Origin: Gammaproteobacteria bacterium
Lineage (GTDB): Bacteria > Pseudomonadota > Gammaproteobacteria > JABABF01
NCBI GenBank assembly: GCA_965215045.1
Contig: OZ244031.1
Location: 1,066,626 to 1,130,625, forward strand
Direction of reading: 5' to 3'
Length of the DNA: 64,000 nucleotides
Position numbers and translations under genes: made by a program. How positions within the stretch are numbered: the first letter of the stretch is position 1; each line of letters starts with the position of its first letter. The notes under the pieces were generated by a model, which was not told the DNA's origin, made no database searches, and worked only from the letters and a program-made list of their open reading frames with translations. This document shows positions 48,561-57,546 of this stretch, piece after piece.

Positions 48561-49406
48561 ATGAGCGGCTCCCCGGTGCGCAAGTGCCTGTTCCCGGTGG
48601 CGGGCTACGGCACGCGCTTTCTGCCGGCGACCAAGTCGATGCCCAAGGAGATGCTGCCGATCGTCGACAAGCCGCTGGTGCACTTTGGCGTCGAGGAGGC
48701 CTTGCGAGCGGGCATGACCGAGATCGCCTTTGTCACCGGGCGCGGCAAACAGGCGATCACCGACTATTTCGACATCAGCTACGAACTGGAGGAGGAGATT
48801 CGCGGCACCCCCAAGGAGGAGCGCCTGGGCACGGTGCGCGACCTGTTGCAGGAGGGGCGTTTTACCTTTACCCGGCAGCGGAAAATCCAGGGCCTGGGAC
48901 ACGCGGTGCTGGCCGGCGGCGTATTGATCGGCGAGGAGCCTTTTGGCGTGGTGCTCTCCGATGACCTGTGCCTCAACGAGGGGGCGGGAGTGATGGCGCA
49001 ACTGGCGCGGGTGTTTGACGAACACCGCTGCTGCGTGGTGGCGGTCGAAGAGATCAACGACCCCGAAGTCCTGCAACGTTTCGGCGTGGTCGATGGCCGG
49101 GAGATCGCCCCGGGCCTGCTGGAAGTGAACGCCATGGTCGAAAAACCCGCCCCGGGCACGGCACCGAGCAAGCTGGCAATCCTGGGGCGCTACCTGTTGA
49201 CGCCGGACATTTTCGCGCGCCTGGAAAAACTGTCGCCGGGCAAAAACAACGAGATTCAACTGACCGACGCCCTGGAGCAGCAGGCGCGGGAGGAGCGGGT
49301 GCTGGCGTGGCGCATTCATGGCCGGCGCTTCGATTGCGGCGATGTCGCCGGTTACGTGGAAGCAACCAATTTCTATTACCGGAAATTTTATCTTGGGCGG
49401 GACTGA
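48561..49406 (+). CDS. galU: UTP--glucose-1-phosphate uridylyltransferase
   Basis: ...FPVAGYGTRFLPATKSMPKEMLPIVDKP... matches GalU. Two in-frame ATGs (48510 and 48561) lie in a duplicated 17-mer gcgtcggccatgagcgg; the downstream one is chosen. Confidence 0.8.
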   Translation: MSGSPVRKCLFPVAGYGTRFLPATKSMPKEMLPIVDKPLVHFGVEEALRAGMTEIAFVTGRGKQAITDYFDISYELEEEIRGTPKEERLGTVRDLLQEGRFTFTRQRKIQGLGHAVLAGGVLIGEEPFGVVLSDDLCLNEGAGVMAQLARVFDEHRCCVVAVEEINDPEVLQRFGVVDGREIAPGLLEVNAMVEKPAPGTAPSKLAILGRYLLTPDIFARLEKLSPGKNNEIQLTDALEQQAREERVLAWRIHGRRFDCGDVAGYVEATNFYYRKFYLGRD

Positions 49407-49478
49407 GCGCCCGGCGGCGGAGTGCAGCCGGGCAGGCGGCGCACGGCGGGGTGCGCACCCGGTGGCGGAGTGCGGCCG

Positions 49479-50834
49479 ATGAGTACGCTGCCCGGTTGTT
49501 TCAAGGCCTATGATGTGCGCGGCCGCGTGCCGCAGGAGTTGGACCCGGAACTGGCCCGGCGCATCGGCCGCGTGCTGGTGGATTTCCTGGGCGCGCGCCG
49601 CATCGCGGTCGGCTGGGATGTGCGGCACAGTTCCCCGGCCCTGGTGGAGGCCTTGTGCGAGGGTATCTGCAGTGCCGGTGCAGACGCCTGTACGATCGGC
49701 CTGTGCGGCACCGAAGAAATGTATTTCACCGTGTTTGACCGCGGGCTGGACGGCGGCGTCATGGTCACGGCCAGTCACAATCCCCCGGAATACAACGGCA
49801 TGAAAATCGTGCGCGAGGATGCCCGGCCGCTCAGTGCGGACACCGGCTTGTGGGAGCTGGGCACCCGGGTGGCGAACGGGGCCTGCGCGCGACCCGCGCG
49901 CGCCCCCCGGGGCCGGGTCCGGCACCTGCGACCGCGCGCCGCGTACGTGCGCAAACTGCTGTCTTTCGTGGAGACGGAGCGCTTGCGTCCGTTTCGCATC
50001 GTCTCCAACCCGGGCAATGGCGGCGCCGGTGAAATTATCGATCGCCTGGAACCGTGCCTGCCCTTTGAATTCATTCGCCTGCAGCATCGGCCCGACGGCG
50101 ATTTTCCGCACGGCGTGCCGAACCCGATGCTGGAGCAGAACCGCAGTCGCACCGCCCGGGCGGTGCGCCGACATCGGGCGGATTTCGGCCTCGCCTGGGA
50201 CGGGGATTTCGATCGCTGTTTTTTCTTCGATGAAAGCGGCGGCTTCATCGAGAGTTACTACTTGATCGGCCTGCTGGCAAAGAGTTTCCTGCACCGCAGT
50301 CCCGGGGCGGCGGTGGTCTACGAGCCGCGCCTGGTCTGGAACACCCTGGAGGCGGTCACAGGGAGCGGCGGCCGGGCGGTGCAGAGCAAGGCCGGGCATG
50401 CGTTTATCAAGGAAATCATGCGGCGGGAGGATGCGGTCTACGGCGGGGAGATGAGCGCACACCACTATTTTCGCGACTTCCGCTACTGCGACAGCGGCAT
50501 GATTCCCTGGTTGCTGGTCGCAGAATTGATGAGCGATGCCGGCGTTCCGCTCTCCCGCCTGCTGGATTGCCGACGCTTTCCGTGCAGTGGCGAGATCAAT
50601 CGTCCGGTGCAGAATGCCGCCCGGGTGATGGAGCGGGTGAAGGCGCACTACCGGGCATCGGCGCAATCGGTGGAGCACGTAGACGGTCTCAGTCTCGCTT
50701 TTGCCGACTGGCGTTTCAACCTGCGGCCCTCCAACACCGAGCCCCTGCTGCGTCTCAACGTGGAGAGCCGCGCCGACGAGGTGCTGCTGGCGCAGAAGAC
50801 CGCCGAGTTGCTGGAGTTGATCGACGGCAGTTAA
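49479..50834 (+). CDS. algC: phosphomannomutase/phosphoglucomutase
   Basis: ATG 49479 (M20 of ORF 49422..50834). FKAYDVRG N-terminus, TASHNP phosphoserine loop, GGEMSAHHYF sugar-binding motif. Confidence 0.85.
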   Translation: MSTLPGCFKAYDVRGRVPQELDPELARRIGRVLVDFLGARRIAVGWDVRHSSPALVEALCEGICSAGADACTIGLCGTEEMYFTVFDRGLDGGVMVTASHNPPEYNGMKIVREDARPLSADTGLWELGTRVANGACARPARAPRGRVRHLRPRAAYVRKLLSFVETERLRPFRIVSNPGNGGAGEIIDRLEPCLPFEFIRLQHRPDGDFPHGVPNPMLEQNRSRTARAVRRHRADFGLAWDGDFDRCFFFDESGGFIESYYLIGLLAKSFLHRSPGAAVVYEPRLVWNTLEAVTGSGGRAVQSKAGHAFIKEIMRREDAVYGGEMSAHHYFRDFRYCDSGMIPWLLVAELMSDAGVPLSRLLDCRRFPCSGEINRPVQNAARVMERVKAHYRASAQSVEHVDGLSLAFADWRFNLRPSNTEPLLRLNVESRADEVLLAQKTAELLELIDGS

Positions 50835-50841
50835 GCGCGTC

Positions 50842-52443
50842 TCAGTCCCGGTACCAGCTCGCCCACCGTCGCACCGTCGGTGAAACTTCGGCCTCCTTGC
50901 CGGCGAGCACCGCCCGCACCTCCGTCCCGATGGTCTTGCCCAGTTCCACCCCCCACTGGTCAAAGCAGTTGATATCCCACACCGCCGCGGCCGTGTAGAC
51001 GCGGTGTTCCCAGAGTGCCAGCAGTGCGCCCAGGCCCCGCGCATCCAGGGTGTCCAGGGCGAGCAGGCTGACGGGACGCCCGCCGGGAATACTGAGATGC
51101 GGGGCCAGCGTTTGCGCATCGGCCGGCGTCCACCCGCGGCGCACCAGCGCAGCACTCGCCTCCCCCGGGCTGCGCCCGCCGCTGAGTGCCTGTACCTGGG
51201 CCAGGCAGTGGGCCCACAGCTCCCGGTTGCGCGGCTCCTTGCGCCGTTCCCGGCCGCGGCGCACCAGCACGAATTCGACCGCTGCTTCCGGCGTGCCCTG
51301 GTAGAGCAATTGGTGGAAGCTGTGCTGACTTTCAGGGCCCGGCCCGCCCCACAGGACCGGCGCCGTGGCGTATTGCACCGGCTCGCCGCTGTTCTGCACC
51401 GACTTGCCATTGCTCTCCATCAGCAACTGTTGCAGGAATTCCGGCAGCCCGCGCAGGCGGTACGCGTAGGGAACCACGGCCCGCGCCCGGTGCCCGCAGA
51501 AGCTGGCGTGCCAGACGTCGAGCAGGCCCAGCAGCAGCGGCAGGTTCTGTGCCGGTGCGGTGCTGCGAAAATGCGCGTCCATCTGCGCCGCCCCGCGCAA
51601 CAATGCACGCCAGCGGGCATTGCCGTCCCGCAGTGCCAGCGGCAGCGCCATGGCCGACCACAGGGAATAGCGCCCGCCGATGCTGCCGGGAAACGGCAGG
51701 ATCGCCTCTTGTGGCACGCCCAGGCCGTGCACGGTCTCCGGGTTGGCGGTCACGGCCACGAAATGGCCGTCGATCGACGCCTCCCTGCCGGCCGCACCCC
51801 GCAGCCACTTGCGCGCCGCGCGGATATTCTGCAGCACCTCGCGCGTGGCCCCGGACTTGGAAGCCAGGATAAACAGCGTGTTTTGCGCTGCGAGCGTGTG
51901 CATGACCGCATCCCACTCCTCGCCATCGATGCCGCCCAGGAAGTGGCAGCGCAGCCCGCCCTGCCGCGCCGCCAATGCCTGCGTCAGCAAGCGCGGGCCC
52001 AGCAGGGAACCGCCGATGCCCACGTGCACCACATCGCGGAACGGCGCCCCGCTGAAACCGCGCCGACGACCGCTGCGCAACTGCGTGACCAGGGCCTCCG
52101 CCTGCCGCTGCGTTGCGCGCAACTGCCGCTGCGTTGCGCGCAAGCCCGGCGGGGCCGCCCCCGGTGCGGTTCGCAGCAGCGGATGCAGCACCTGGCGTCC
52201 CTCGCTGACATTGACCGGGGCACCCGCAAACAGGGCCTCGATCTTGCGTGCCACCCCGGTCTCCTGCGCCAGTTGCAGCAACAGCTCCAGGCACTGCGAG
52301 CCGGGCAGGGCGTGGCTGAGATCGGCGTGGATGCCCGCCGCTGTAAAGTGCAGCGGCCGTTGTTCCCGCGGCTCACCGCCCGGCGCGCCCTGTCGATATT
52401 TGCGCAGCGCCCGCCAGGCGGGCAGGGTGTCCGGCCCGGGCAT
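50842..52443 (-). CDS. pgi: glucose-6-phosphate isomerase
   Basis: ...TxAWxALxxHxxx... N-terminus and ...NRAVLHVALR...GGRYSLWSA... Pgi signatures; 533 aa. Confidence 0.85.
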   Translation of the reverse strand: MPGPDTLPAWRALRKYRQGAPGGEPREQRPLHFTAAGIHADLSHALPGSQCLELLLQLAQETGVARKIEALFAGAPVNVSEGRQVLHPLLRTAPGAAPPGLRATQRQLRATQRQAEALVTQLRSGRRRGFSGAPFRDVVHVGIGGSLLGPRLLTQALAARQGGLRCHFLGGIDGEEWDAVMHTLAAQNTLFILASKSGATREVLQNIRAARKWLRGAAGREASIDGHFVAVTANPETVHGLGVPQEAILPFPGSIGGRYSLWSAMALPLALRDGNARWRALLRGAAQMDAHFRSTAPAQNLPLLLGLLDVWHASFCGHRARAVVPYAYRLRGLPEFLQQLLMESNGKSVQNSGEPVQYATAPVLWGGPGPESQHSFHQLLYQGTPEAAVEFVLVRRGRERRKEPRNRELWAHCLAQVQALSGGRSPGEASAALVRRGWTPADAQTLAPHLSIPGGRPVSLLALDTLDARGLGALLALWEHRVYTAAAVWDINCFDQWGVELGKTIGTEVRAVLAGKEAEVSPTVRRWASWYRD

Positions 52444-52446
52444 CGT

Positions 52447-53415
52447 CTATTCGCTGCGTTCCACGGCCACGGCTGCCAGCTGCACCAGGCCTTCCCGGTA
52501 ACCGGAATCCGGCAGGGGCGTCAATGCCTCCAGCGCGCGCTCACGATGCTGCCGCGCCTGTTGCAGAGTGTATTCCAGGGCACCGCAATCGCGCACCGCC
52601 TGTTGCACCCCGGCGAACGGCCGGGCCTCCTCCGGTGCGGCGAGTGCCGCACGGACCAGCTGGCGGACGGCATCGTCCGCCGTGCACAGCGCGGCGATCA
52701 GTGGCAGGGTGATTTTCCCTTCCCGCAGGTCCTGGCCCGCCGGTTTGCCCATGACCGCGGCATCGCCGTCGTAGTCCAGCACGTCATCGCGCAACTGGAA
52801 TGCGAGTCCCAACTGCAGGCCGAACTCCCCCAGGGCATCGCAGTGCTCCCGCGTCGCCCCGGACAGCAGCGCACTGCAGCGCGCAGCCGACTGGAACACC
52901 AGCGCGGTCTTGGCCGTGATCAGCGCAAAATATTCCTCCTCCCCGAGCTCCAGGTCCCCGATGCGGGACAGCTGCAACACCTCGCCCTCGGCCAGCCGGT
53001 TGCCGGTATCGGTCATGCAGTTCAGCACCTCGACGTTGTCGGTCCGAAACAGCATTTGAAAGGCGCGCGAATAGAGAAAATCCCCGACCAGCACGCTGGC
53101 GGAGTTGCCCCAGTGGTTGTTGGCACTGGGGCGCCCGCGCCGCTGCATCGCCCCGTCGACCACGTCGTCGTGCAGCAGCGTGGCGGTATGCAGGAACTCC
53201 ACCGCGGCCGCCAGGTGCAGGTGCCGTTCATCGATGTCCCCGCAGCAGCCGGCGGCCAGCAGGGCCAGCAGCGGGCGCAGCCGCTTGCCGCCGGCAAAGG
53301 TGATGTGCCCGCCGACATCATCCGTCAGCCGGGCGCGCGAGCGCAGGTTTTTCTGCAACAGAGTCTCGACTTCCGCGAGTTCTCTCTGCACGGGAAGGTA
53401 CACGGCCTGCATCAT
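52447..53415 (-). CDS. ispB: octaprenyl-diphosphate synthase (trans-polyprenyl synthase)
   Basis: First DDxxD (LLHDDVVDGAMQRRG) and second DDxxD (FQLRDDVLDY) motifs; 322 aa. Confidence 0.85.
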   Translation of the reverse strand: MMQAVYLPVQRELAEVETLLQKNLRSRARLTDDVGGHITFAGGKRLRPLLALLAAGCCGDIDERHLHLAAAVEFLHTATLLHDDVVDGAMQRRGRPSANNHWGNSASVLVGDFLYSRAFQMLFRTDNVEVLNCMTDTGNRLAEGEVLQLSRIGDLELGEEEYFALITAKTALVFQSAARCSALLSGATREHCDALGEFGLQLGLAFQLRDDVLDYDGDAAVMGKPAGQDLREGKITLPLIAALCTADDAVRQLVRAALAAPEEARPFAGVQQAVRDCGALEYTLQQARQHRERALEALTPLPDSGYREGLVQLAAVAVERSE

Positions 53416-53551
53416 TCGGAGACACGAGGGGTTTCGGGGCCGGGTATTATCGCGTATTGCCGGTGGTTTTCGCAGGCCGCCGGCGGGCGATTGCTATAAT
53501 CGCGGCGTATTGCACCGCGATGTAATTTTTGCGACACCGGGACCCTGCACC

Positions 53552-54697
53552 ATGAGTATTCGAGATTTTCCCATCCGGATTTCCGACGAGGAAATCGCCG
53601 ACCTGCACCGACGCCTGGACAACGTCCGCTGGGGCGATGAACTCAACGATGCAGACTGGAGCTACGGTGCCGACATGCACTGGATCAAACGGCTGTGCGA
53701 CTACTGGCGCACGGATTTCGACTGGCGCGCCCAGGAAGCGCAACTGCAGCGTTTCGAACACTTCATTGCCGATACCGCGGGCGGCCAGGAAATTCACTTC
53801 ATTCATCATCGCTCCCGACACGAGAAAGCGCGCCCCCTGGTGATCACCCACGGCTGGCCCGGTTCGGTGTTCGAGTTCATGAAAATCATCGAACCGCTGG
53901 CAGATCCCGCCGCGCACGGGGGCCGCACAGAAGACGCCTTTCACGTGGTCTGTCCCTCGCTGCCGGGCTTCGGTTTTTCGCCACCGCCGACCGAACCCGG
54001 CATGGACCCCCGACGCGCCGCCGCCTGCCAGGTCGAGTTGATGAAGCAGCTGGGCTACAGCCGCTACATCGCCCAGGGCGGCGACTGGGGTGCCATGATC
54101 AGCACCGAGATGGGACGCCAGGACCCGGAAAACTGCGCCGGCGTGCATCTGAACATGCTGGTGGCGATGCCGCCTGCGGACGGGGATCCGATGGCGGGGC
54201 TGAGCGACGAGGAGAAACTCAACATGCAGACCTCCGAACAGTTCAGCAAGGAGGGGATGGGTTATTTTCATATCCAGAGCACCAAGCCGCAGACCCTGTC
54301 GTACGCGCTCAATGATTCGCCGGTGGGCCTGGCCGCGTGGATTGCCGAAAAGTTCCGCGCCTGGAGCGACTGCGACGGCGATGTGGAAAAGGTTTACACC
54401 CTCGATGAATTGCTGGCCAACATCTCGCTCTACTGGTTCACCCGCACCGCGGGCTCTTCGGCGCGCATGTACTACGAGACCATGCACAACGAGCAGAGCA
54501 CTGCCCGGGTGGAGGTTCCGACCGGTGCCGTGCTGTTTCCCAGGGAGTTGATGAAAGCCCCGCGTAAATGGGCGGAGGCCGCCTACAATATTGTCCACTG
54601 GAGCGTGATGTCCAAGGGGGGACATTTTGCGGCGATGGAACAGCCGGAGCTGCTGGTCGGGGATATCCGCAGCTTTGCCGCCTGCCTCAAAGACTGA
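53552..54697 (+). CDS. epoxide hydrolase (microsomal EH-like alpha/beta hydrolase with N-terminal EH domain)
   Basis: ...PIRISDEEIADLHRRLDNVRW... EH N-domain, HGWPGS oxyanion motif, nucleophile region QGGDWGA; 381 aa. Confidence 0.8.
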   Translation: MSIRDFPIRISDEEIADLHRRLDNVRWGDELNDADWSYGADMHWIKRLCDYWRTDFDWRAQEAQLQRFEHFIADTAGGQEIHFIHHRSRHEKARPLVITHGWPGSVFEFMKIIEPLADPAAHGGRTEDAFHVVCPSLPGFGFSPPPTEPGMDPRRAAACQVELMKQLGYSRYIAQGGDWGAMISTEMGRQDPENCAGVHLNMLVAMPPADGDPMAGLSDEEKLNMQTSEQFSKEGMGYFHIQSTKPQTLSYALNDSPVGLAAWIAEKFRAWSDCDGDVEKVYTLDELLANISLYWFTRTAGSSARMYYETMHNEQSTARVEVPTGAVLFPRELMKAPRKWAEAAYNIVHWSVMSKGGHFAAMEQPELLVGDIRSFAACLKD

Positions 54698-55083
54698 GGG
54701 AGACCCTGTCGGCTCCGCCCACCCGCCCCCGGCTGCCGCACCGGCTGCGGCTTCCTGCTCCTGCACCGCCCGCAGGCCCCTCGGCTGCCGCACCGCCTAC
54801 CCGCCTCTCCCCCGCTGTGCACCCCCGGACCGGGCCGCTTGCATTTTGTGTTGAAGTATGAATAATGCCCACTAAACTCTGTTTCAACCAAGCCGCGTAC
54901 AGTTGTGTATCGATTCATAACTGTTCATAAGGATCTCGATTCACCTGCGTTATCAAAGCGGTCAGTTTCGCTTTCTCTTGCCGGGCTGGCATCCCTTAAC
55001 AACAAGACAATAAAACCTGCGGGACTGGTATCGGCCTGATGCCCGCGCAAATAGAATTAACAAACCTGGCGGCTGGTGCTGCC

Positions 55084-55832
55084 ATGCCAAGGCACGCCAG
55101 GCACCCCAGGTGCGGCCCAGCGCAGACGGGGCCAAAATGCACCATAGAGAAAGCGGACTTCTCGGTGTTTCTCAATCGGCTGCCAGCAGGATCTGTTGAC
55201 TTGGTGCTGACCGACCCGCCTTATACAATCAGCCGCGAGACCGGTTTTGCCAATGTGGGGAAGAACGGGGTACAGCGGTTTGCAGTCTCTATGGACTTCG
55301 GTAAATGGGATAAGGTGCCGATTGACCTTGCCAGACTGTCGACGGATATGTACAGGACATTGCGTAAAGGCGGTACAGCAATCGTGTTTTATGACCTGTG
55401 GAAGTTAACGCATTTAGCGGACGCCCTGAGGACAGCGGGTTTCAAAATGTTGCGCTTGATTGAATGGCAAAAGACGAACCCGGTACCGTTGAACAGCAAG
55501 GCCACCTACCTCTCAAACAGCAGGGAGATCGCGGTCGTCGGTGTGAAGGGCGGCAAGCCACCTTCAATGGAGAGTATGACAACGGCGTTTACCGGTATCC
55601 CATCCCGCGGCACAATGGGCGCCGCATTCACCCGACGCAAAAGCCATTGGAATTGTTTGCCGAACTGGTGGAACGGCATACCAATGCCGGTGATTTTGTC
55701 GTCGACCCTTTCTTGGGCGGCGGCACGACTGCTGTCGCCGCATTATCAAAGGCGCGCCGTTTTGCCGGTTGTGATATTGACCCGGGATATGTCGAGGCGT
55801 CGAAGGAACGGCTCAAGATTGATGTCAAGTAA
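55084..55832 (+). pseudogene. beta-class DNA methyltransferase (DPPY motif IV then FxGxG motif I; N6-adenine type likely) interrupted by a -1 frameshift near 55550-55562
   Basis: Frame 1: ...SVDLVLTDPPYTISRETG...WQKTNPVPLNSKATYLSNSREIAVVGVKGGKP|PSME... Frame 3 continues ...TFNGEYDNGVYRYPIPRHNGRRIHPTQKPLELFAELVERHTNAGDFVVDPFLGGGTTAVAA... to TAA 55830-55832. The shift occurs in the G-rich stretch gaagggcggcaagccacc. Confidence 0.65.
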
Positions 55833-56433
55833 TCCAACTTTCCGGGAGGGCACGAAAGCGGCTGTTTTTATTGAGCTTGCCAGGCCGGACCAGGATGGCT
55901 TTTCCCGGAAAGTAAGCCTCGCAGAACTGGAAGAGCACGGGCTGGGAATGGGCAACGGCGGGAGTTGGTGCAGAAGGGATAGCGCATTGGGCATGCGCTA
56001 CAACATCCATCGGGAACTGCACAAGGGAAAGATAGTGGCAGTGGCATTGCACGGCTTCAACCAACTGCCGGCGAGGCGGGCAATACGGGCGGATATCAAA
56101 AAGGTGATCAAAAAACAGCGCTGTGCCGTACTGGATACCGGTCATCCTGAATGTGACCATAAGGACGGGCGCATTTATGATAAACCGGTTATGGAAATGA
56201 GCCAGCAGAGCGAGGAAGACTTTCAAGCACTGTCCAAGGCGGCAAATATGGCAAAGCGGCAACATTGCCGGAAATGTAAAGAAACCGGCCAGCGGTATGA
56301 TGCCAGGAATTTAGGCTATTCCATACCGCAGTTCAAGGGCAATGGAATTTATAGAGGAAGTTGTGTGGGTTGCTACTGGCATGACCCGAGGGCATTCAAT
56401 CGAGCGGTGAGCGACCGGGCAAGCCGCAAATAA
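55825..56433 (+). CDS. HNH-family endonuclease, putative Type II restriction enzyme partner of the methyltransferase
   Basis: ATG 55825 overlaps the methyltransferase stop by 8 nt. HNH/zinc-finger pattern ...C-AVLDTGHPECDHKDG...N...HCRKCK... and ...CVGCYWHD; 202 aa; no frameshift. Confidence 0.55.
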   Translation, partial: SSNPTFREGTKAAVFIELARPDQDGFSRKVSLAELEEHGLGMGNGGSWCRRDSALGMRYNIHRELHKGKIVAVALHGFNQLPARRAIRADIKKVIKKQRCAVLDTGHPECDHKDGRIYDKPVMEMSQQSEEDFQALSKAANMAKRQHCRKCKETGQRYDARNLGYSIPQFKGNGIYRGSCVGCYWHDPRAFNRAVSDRASRK

Positions 56434-56563
56434 TCCCCATTATTTCCAGGTTTTCCTGTTCCTCCGGGCCAGCCCGCAGGCCTCTCCCCCGCTGTGCACC
56501 CCGGACGATGAGCCTCCAGAATCCCATAAATTATGGACTTATATATTTTCCCGCAGGCGCGGT

Positions 56564-56592
56564 TTGACTTTCCCGCAGGAGGTGAATACAGT
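56564..56592 (+). promoter_or_regulatory. near-consensus sigma70 promoter of paralog 2 (TTGACT-17-TACAGT), flanked by a direct repeat of TTCCCGCAGG
   Basis: TTGACT 56564-56569, 17-nt spacer, TACAGT 56587-56592. TTCCCGCAGG occurs at about -50 and again within the spacer. Followed by an 80-nt conserved leader with a CCTCTggaaAGAGG hairpin, then AGGAGA ribosome-binding site and ATG 56679. Confidence 0.6.
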
Positions 56593-56678
56593 GTGATGCA
56601 GGGGGCCAGGGATTAGCAATCACAGGACGCGCGTATTACTTTCGCCCTCTGGAAAGAGGCAAAAAGGAGATTGTCACC

Positions 56679-57080
56679 ATGACTGAACCAGCGTTTCGAA
56701 ACCGCGAAGACATGAGCGAACACCTGAAGGCAGCCGGCTTTGACGACCAGCAGATCCGCAGTATCCTGCAGGTGGTAGCGGGGCTGATGAAAGAGATGGG
56801 CCTGGCCATCCGCGCCGACTTGGCGAAGAGTGAGCAGCGCAGCGATGAGCGTCATGAACGGGCCCAGAAACTCAGCGATGAGCGTCATGAACGGGCCCAG
56901 AAACTCAGCGATGAGCGTCATGAACGGGCCCAGAAACTCAGCGATGAGCGTCATCAGATCAACCTGGAATTGCATAAACAGGCCTTCTTATGGATACGGT
57001 GGGGGTTCGGCATGATCGGGTCTTTCCTGCTCGCCCTCCTGGGCATACTGATCACAGGTGTTATCAGGGGGTGGTTGTGA
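56679..57080 (+). CDS. small membrane-anchored coiled-coil protein, paralog 2 (DUF1640-like architecture)
   Basis: 133 aa. Same N-terminal 50 aa as paralogs 1 and 3. 3.5 copies of SDERHERAQKL from a perfect 33-bp DNA repeat at 56841-56957. C-terminal helix WIRWGFGMIGSFLLALLGILITGVI. Confidence 0.65.
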   Translation: MTEPAFRNREDMSEHLKAAGFDDQQIRSILQVVAGLMKEMGLAIRADLAKSEQRSDERHERAQKLSDERHERAQKLSDERHERAQKLSDERHQINLELHKQAFLWIRWGFGMIGSFLLALLGILITGVIRGWL

Positions 57081-57097
57081 TCCACTGCATCTGCCCG

Positions 57098-57220
57098 CAT
57101 CGCCCAGGGCGGCGACTGGGGTGCCCTGATCAGCACCGAGATGGGGCACCAGGACCCGGAAAACTGCGCCGGCGTGCACCTGAACATGCTGGTGGCGATG
57201 CCGCCTGCCTCAAAGACTGA
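57098..57220 (+). pseudogene. internally deleted fragment of the epoxide hydrolase gene (remnant of a tandem duplication)
   Basis: 57098-57204 matches hydrolase 54067-54177 (…IAQGGDWGA(M>L)ISTEMG…NMLVAMPP) and is joined at the 9-bp microhomology gccgcctgc to the last 12 nt of the hydrolase (ctcaaagactga; 54686-54697), removing about 508 bp. It carries several substitutions relative to the intact gene. Confidence 0.7.
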
Positions 57221-57431
57221 GGGAGACCCTGTCGGCTCCGCCCACCCGCCCCCCGGCTGCCGCACCGCCCGCGGTTTCCTGCTCCCGCACCGCCTGCCCC
57301 CGGCTGCCGCACCGGCTGCGGTTTCCTGCTCCTGCACCGCCCGCAGGCCTCTCCCCCGCTGTGCACCCCCGGACGATGACCCTCCAGAATCCCATAAATT
57401 ATGGACTTATATATTTTCCCGCGGGCGCGGG

Positions 57432-57460
57432 TTGACATTCCCGCAGGAGGCGAATATAGT
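57432..57460 (+). promoter_or_regulatory. near-consensus sigma70 promoter of paralog 3 (TTGACA-17-TATAGT)
   Basis: TTGACA 57432-57437, 17-nt spacer, TATAGT 57455-57460; the same conserved leader and ribosome-binding site follow. Confidence 0.6.
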
Positions 57461-57546
57461 GTGATGCAGGGGGCCAGGGATTAGCAATCACAGGACGCGC
57501 GTATTACTTTCGCCCTCTGGAAAGAGGCAAAAAGGAGATTGTCACC

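Larger units (their letters stand above)
54831..56472 (+). mobile_element. inserted restriction-modification cassette of about 1.64 kb, lower GC, flanked by about 34-bp direct repeats
   Basis: Left flank ...ccgcccgcaggcccctc[22-bp internal dup]ctctcccccgctgtgcacccccggac (54766-54830); right flank cccgcaggcctctcccccgctgtgcaccccggac (56473-56506). An uninterrupted copy of the same sequence (…ccgcccgcaggcctctcccccgctgtgcacccccggacgatga…) exists at 57338-57380 in the tandem paralogous unit. GC drops visibly at 54840-55100. Confidence 0.5.

Noticed and set aside
47685-51410. 1241-aa ORF on the minus strand (and similar long ORFs at 671-1873(-), 7584-9470(+), 16974-19109(+), 19123-20655(-), 27019-29064(+), 34967-37672(-), 61022-62308(+), 62309-63649(+))
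   Set aside because: All lie antisense to well-supported conserved genes (manC/galU/algC/pgi, nrdA, rnt/pyrC, argG, proS, mrcA, uvrA). Their translations are Arg/Ala/Gly/His-rich low-complexity sequence, and stop-poor antisense frames are expected at about 67 % GC.
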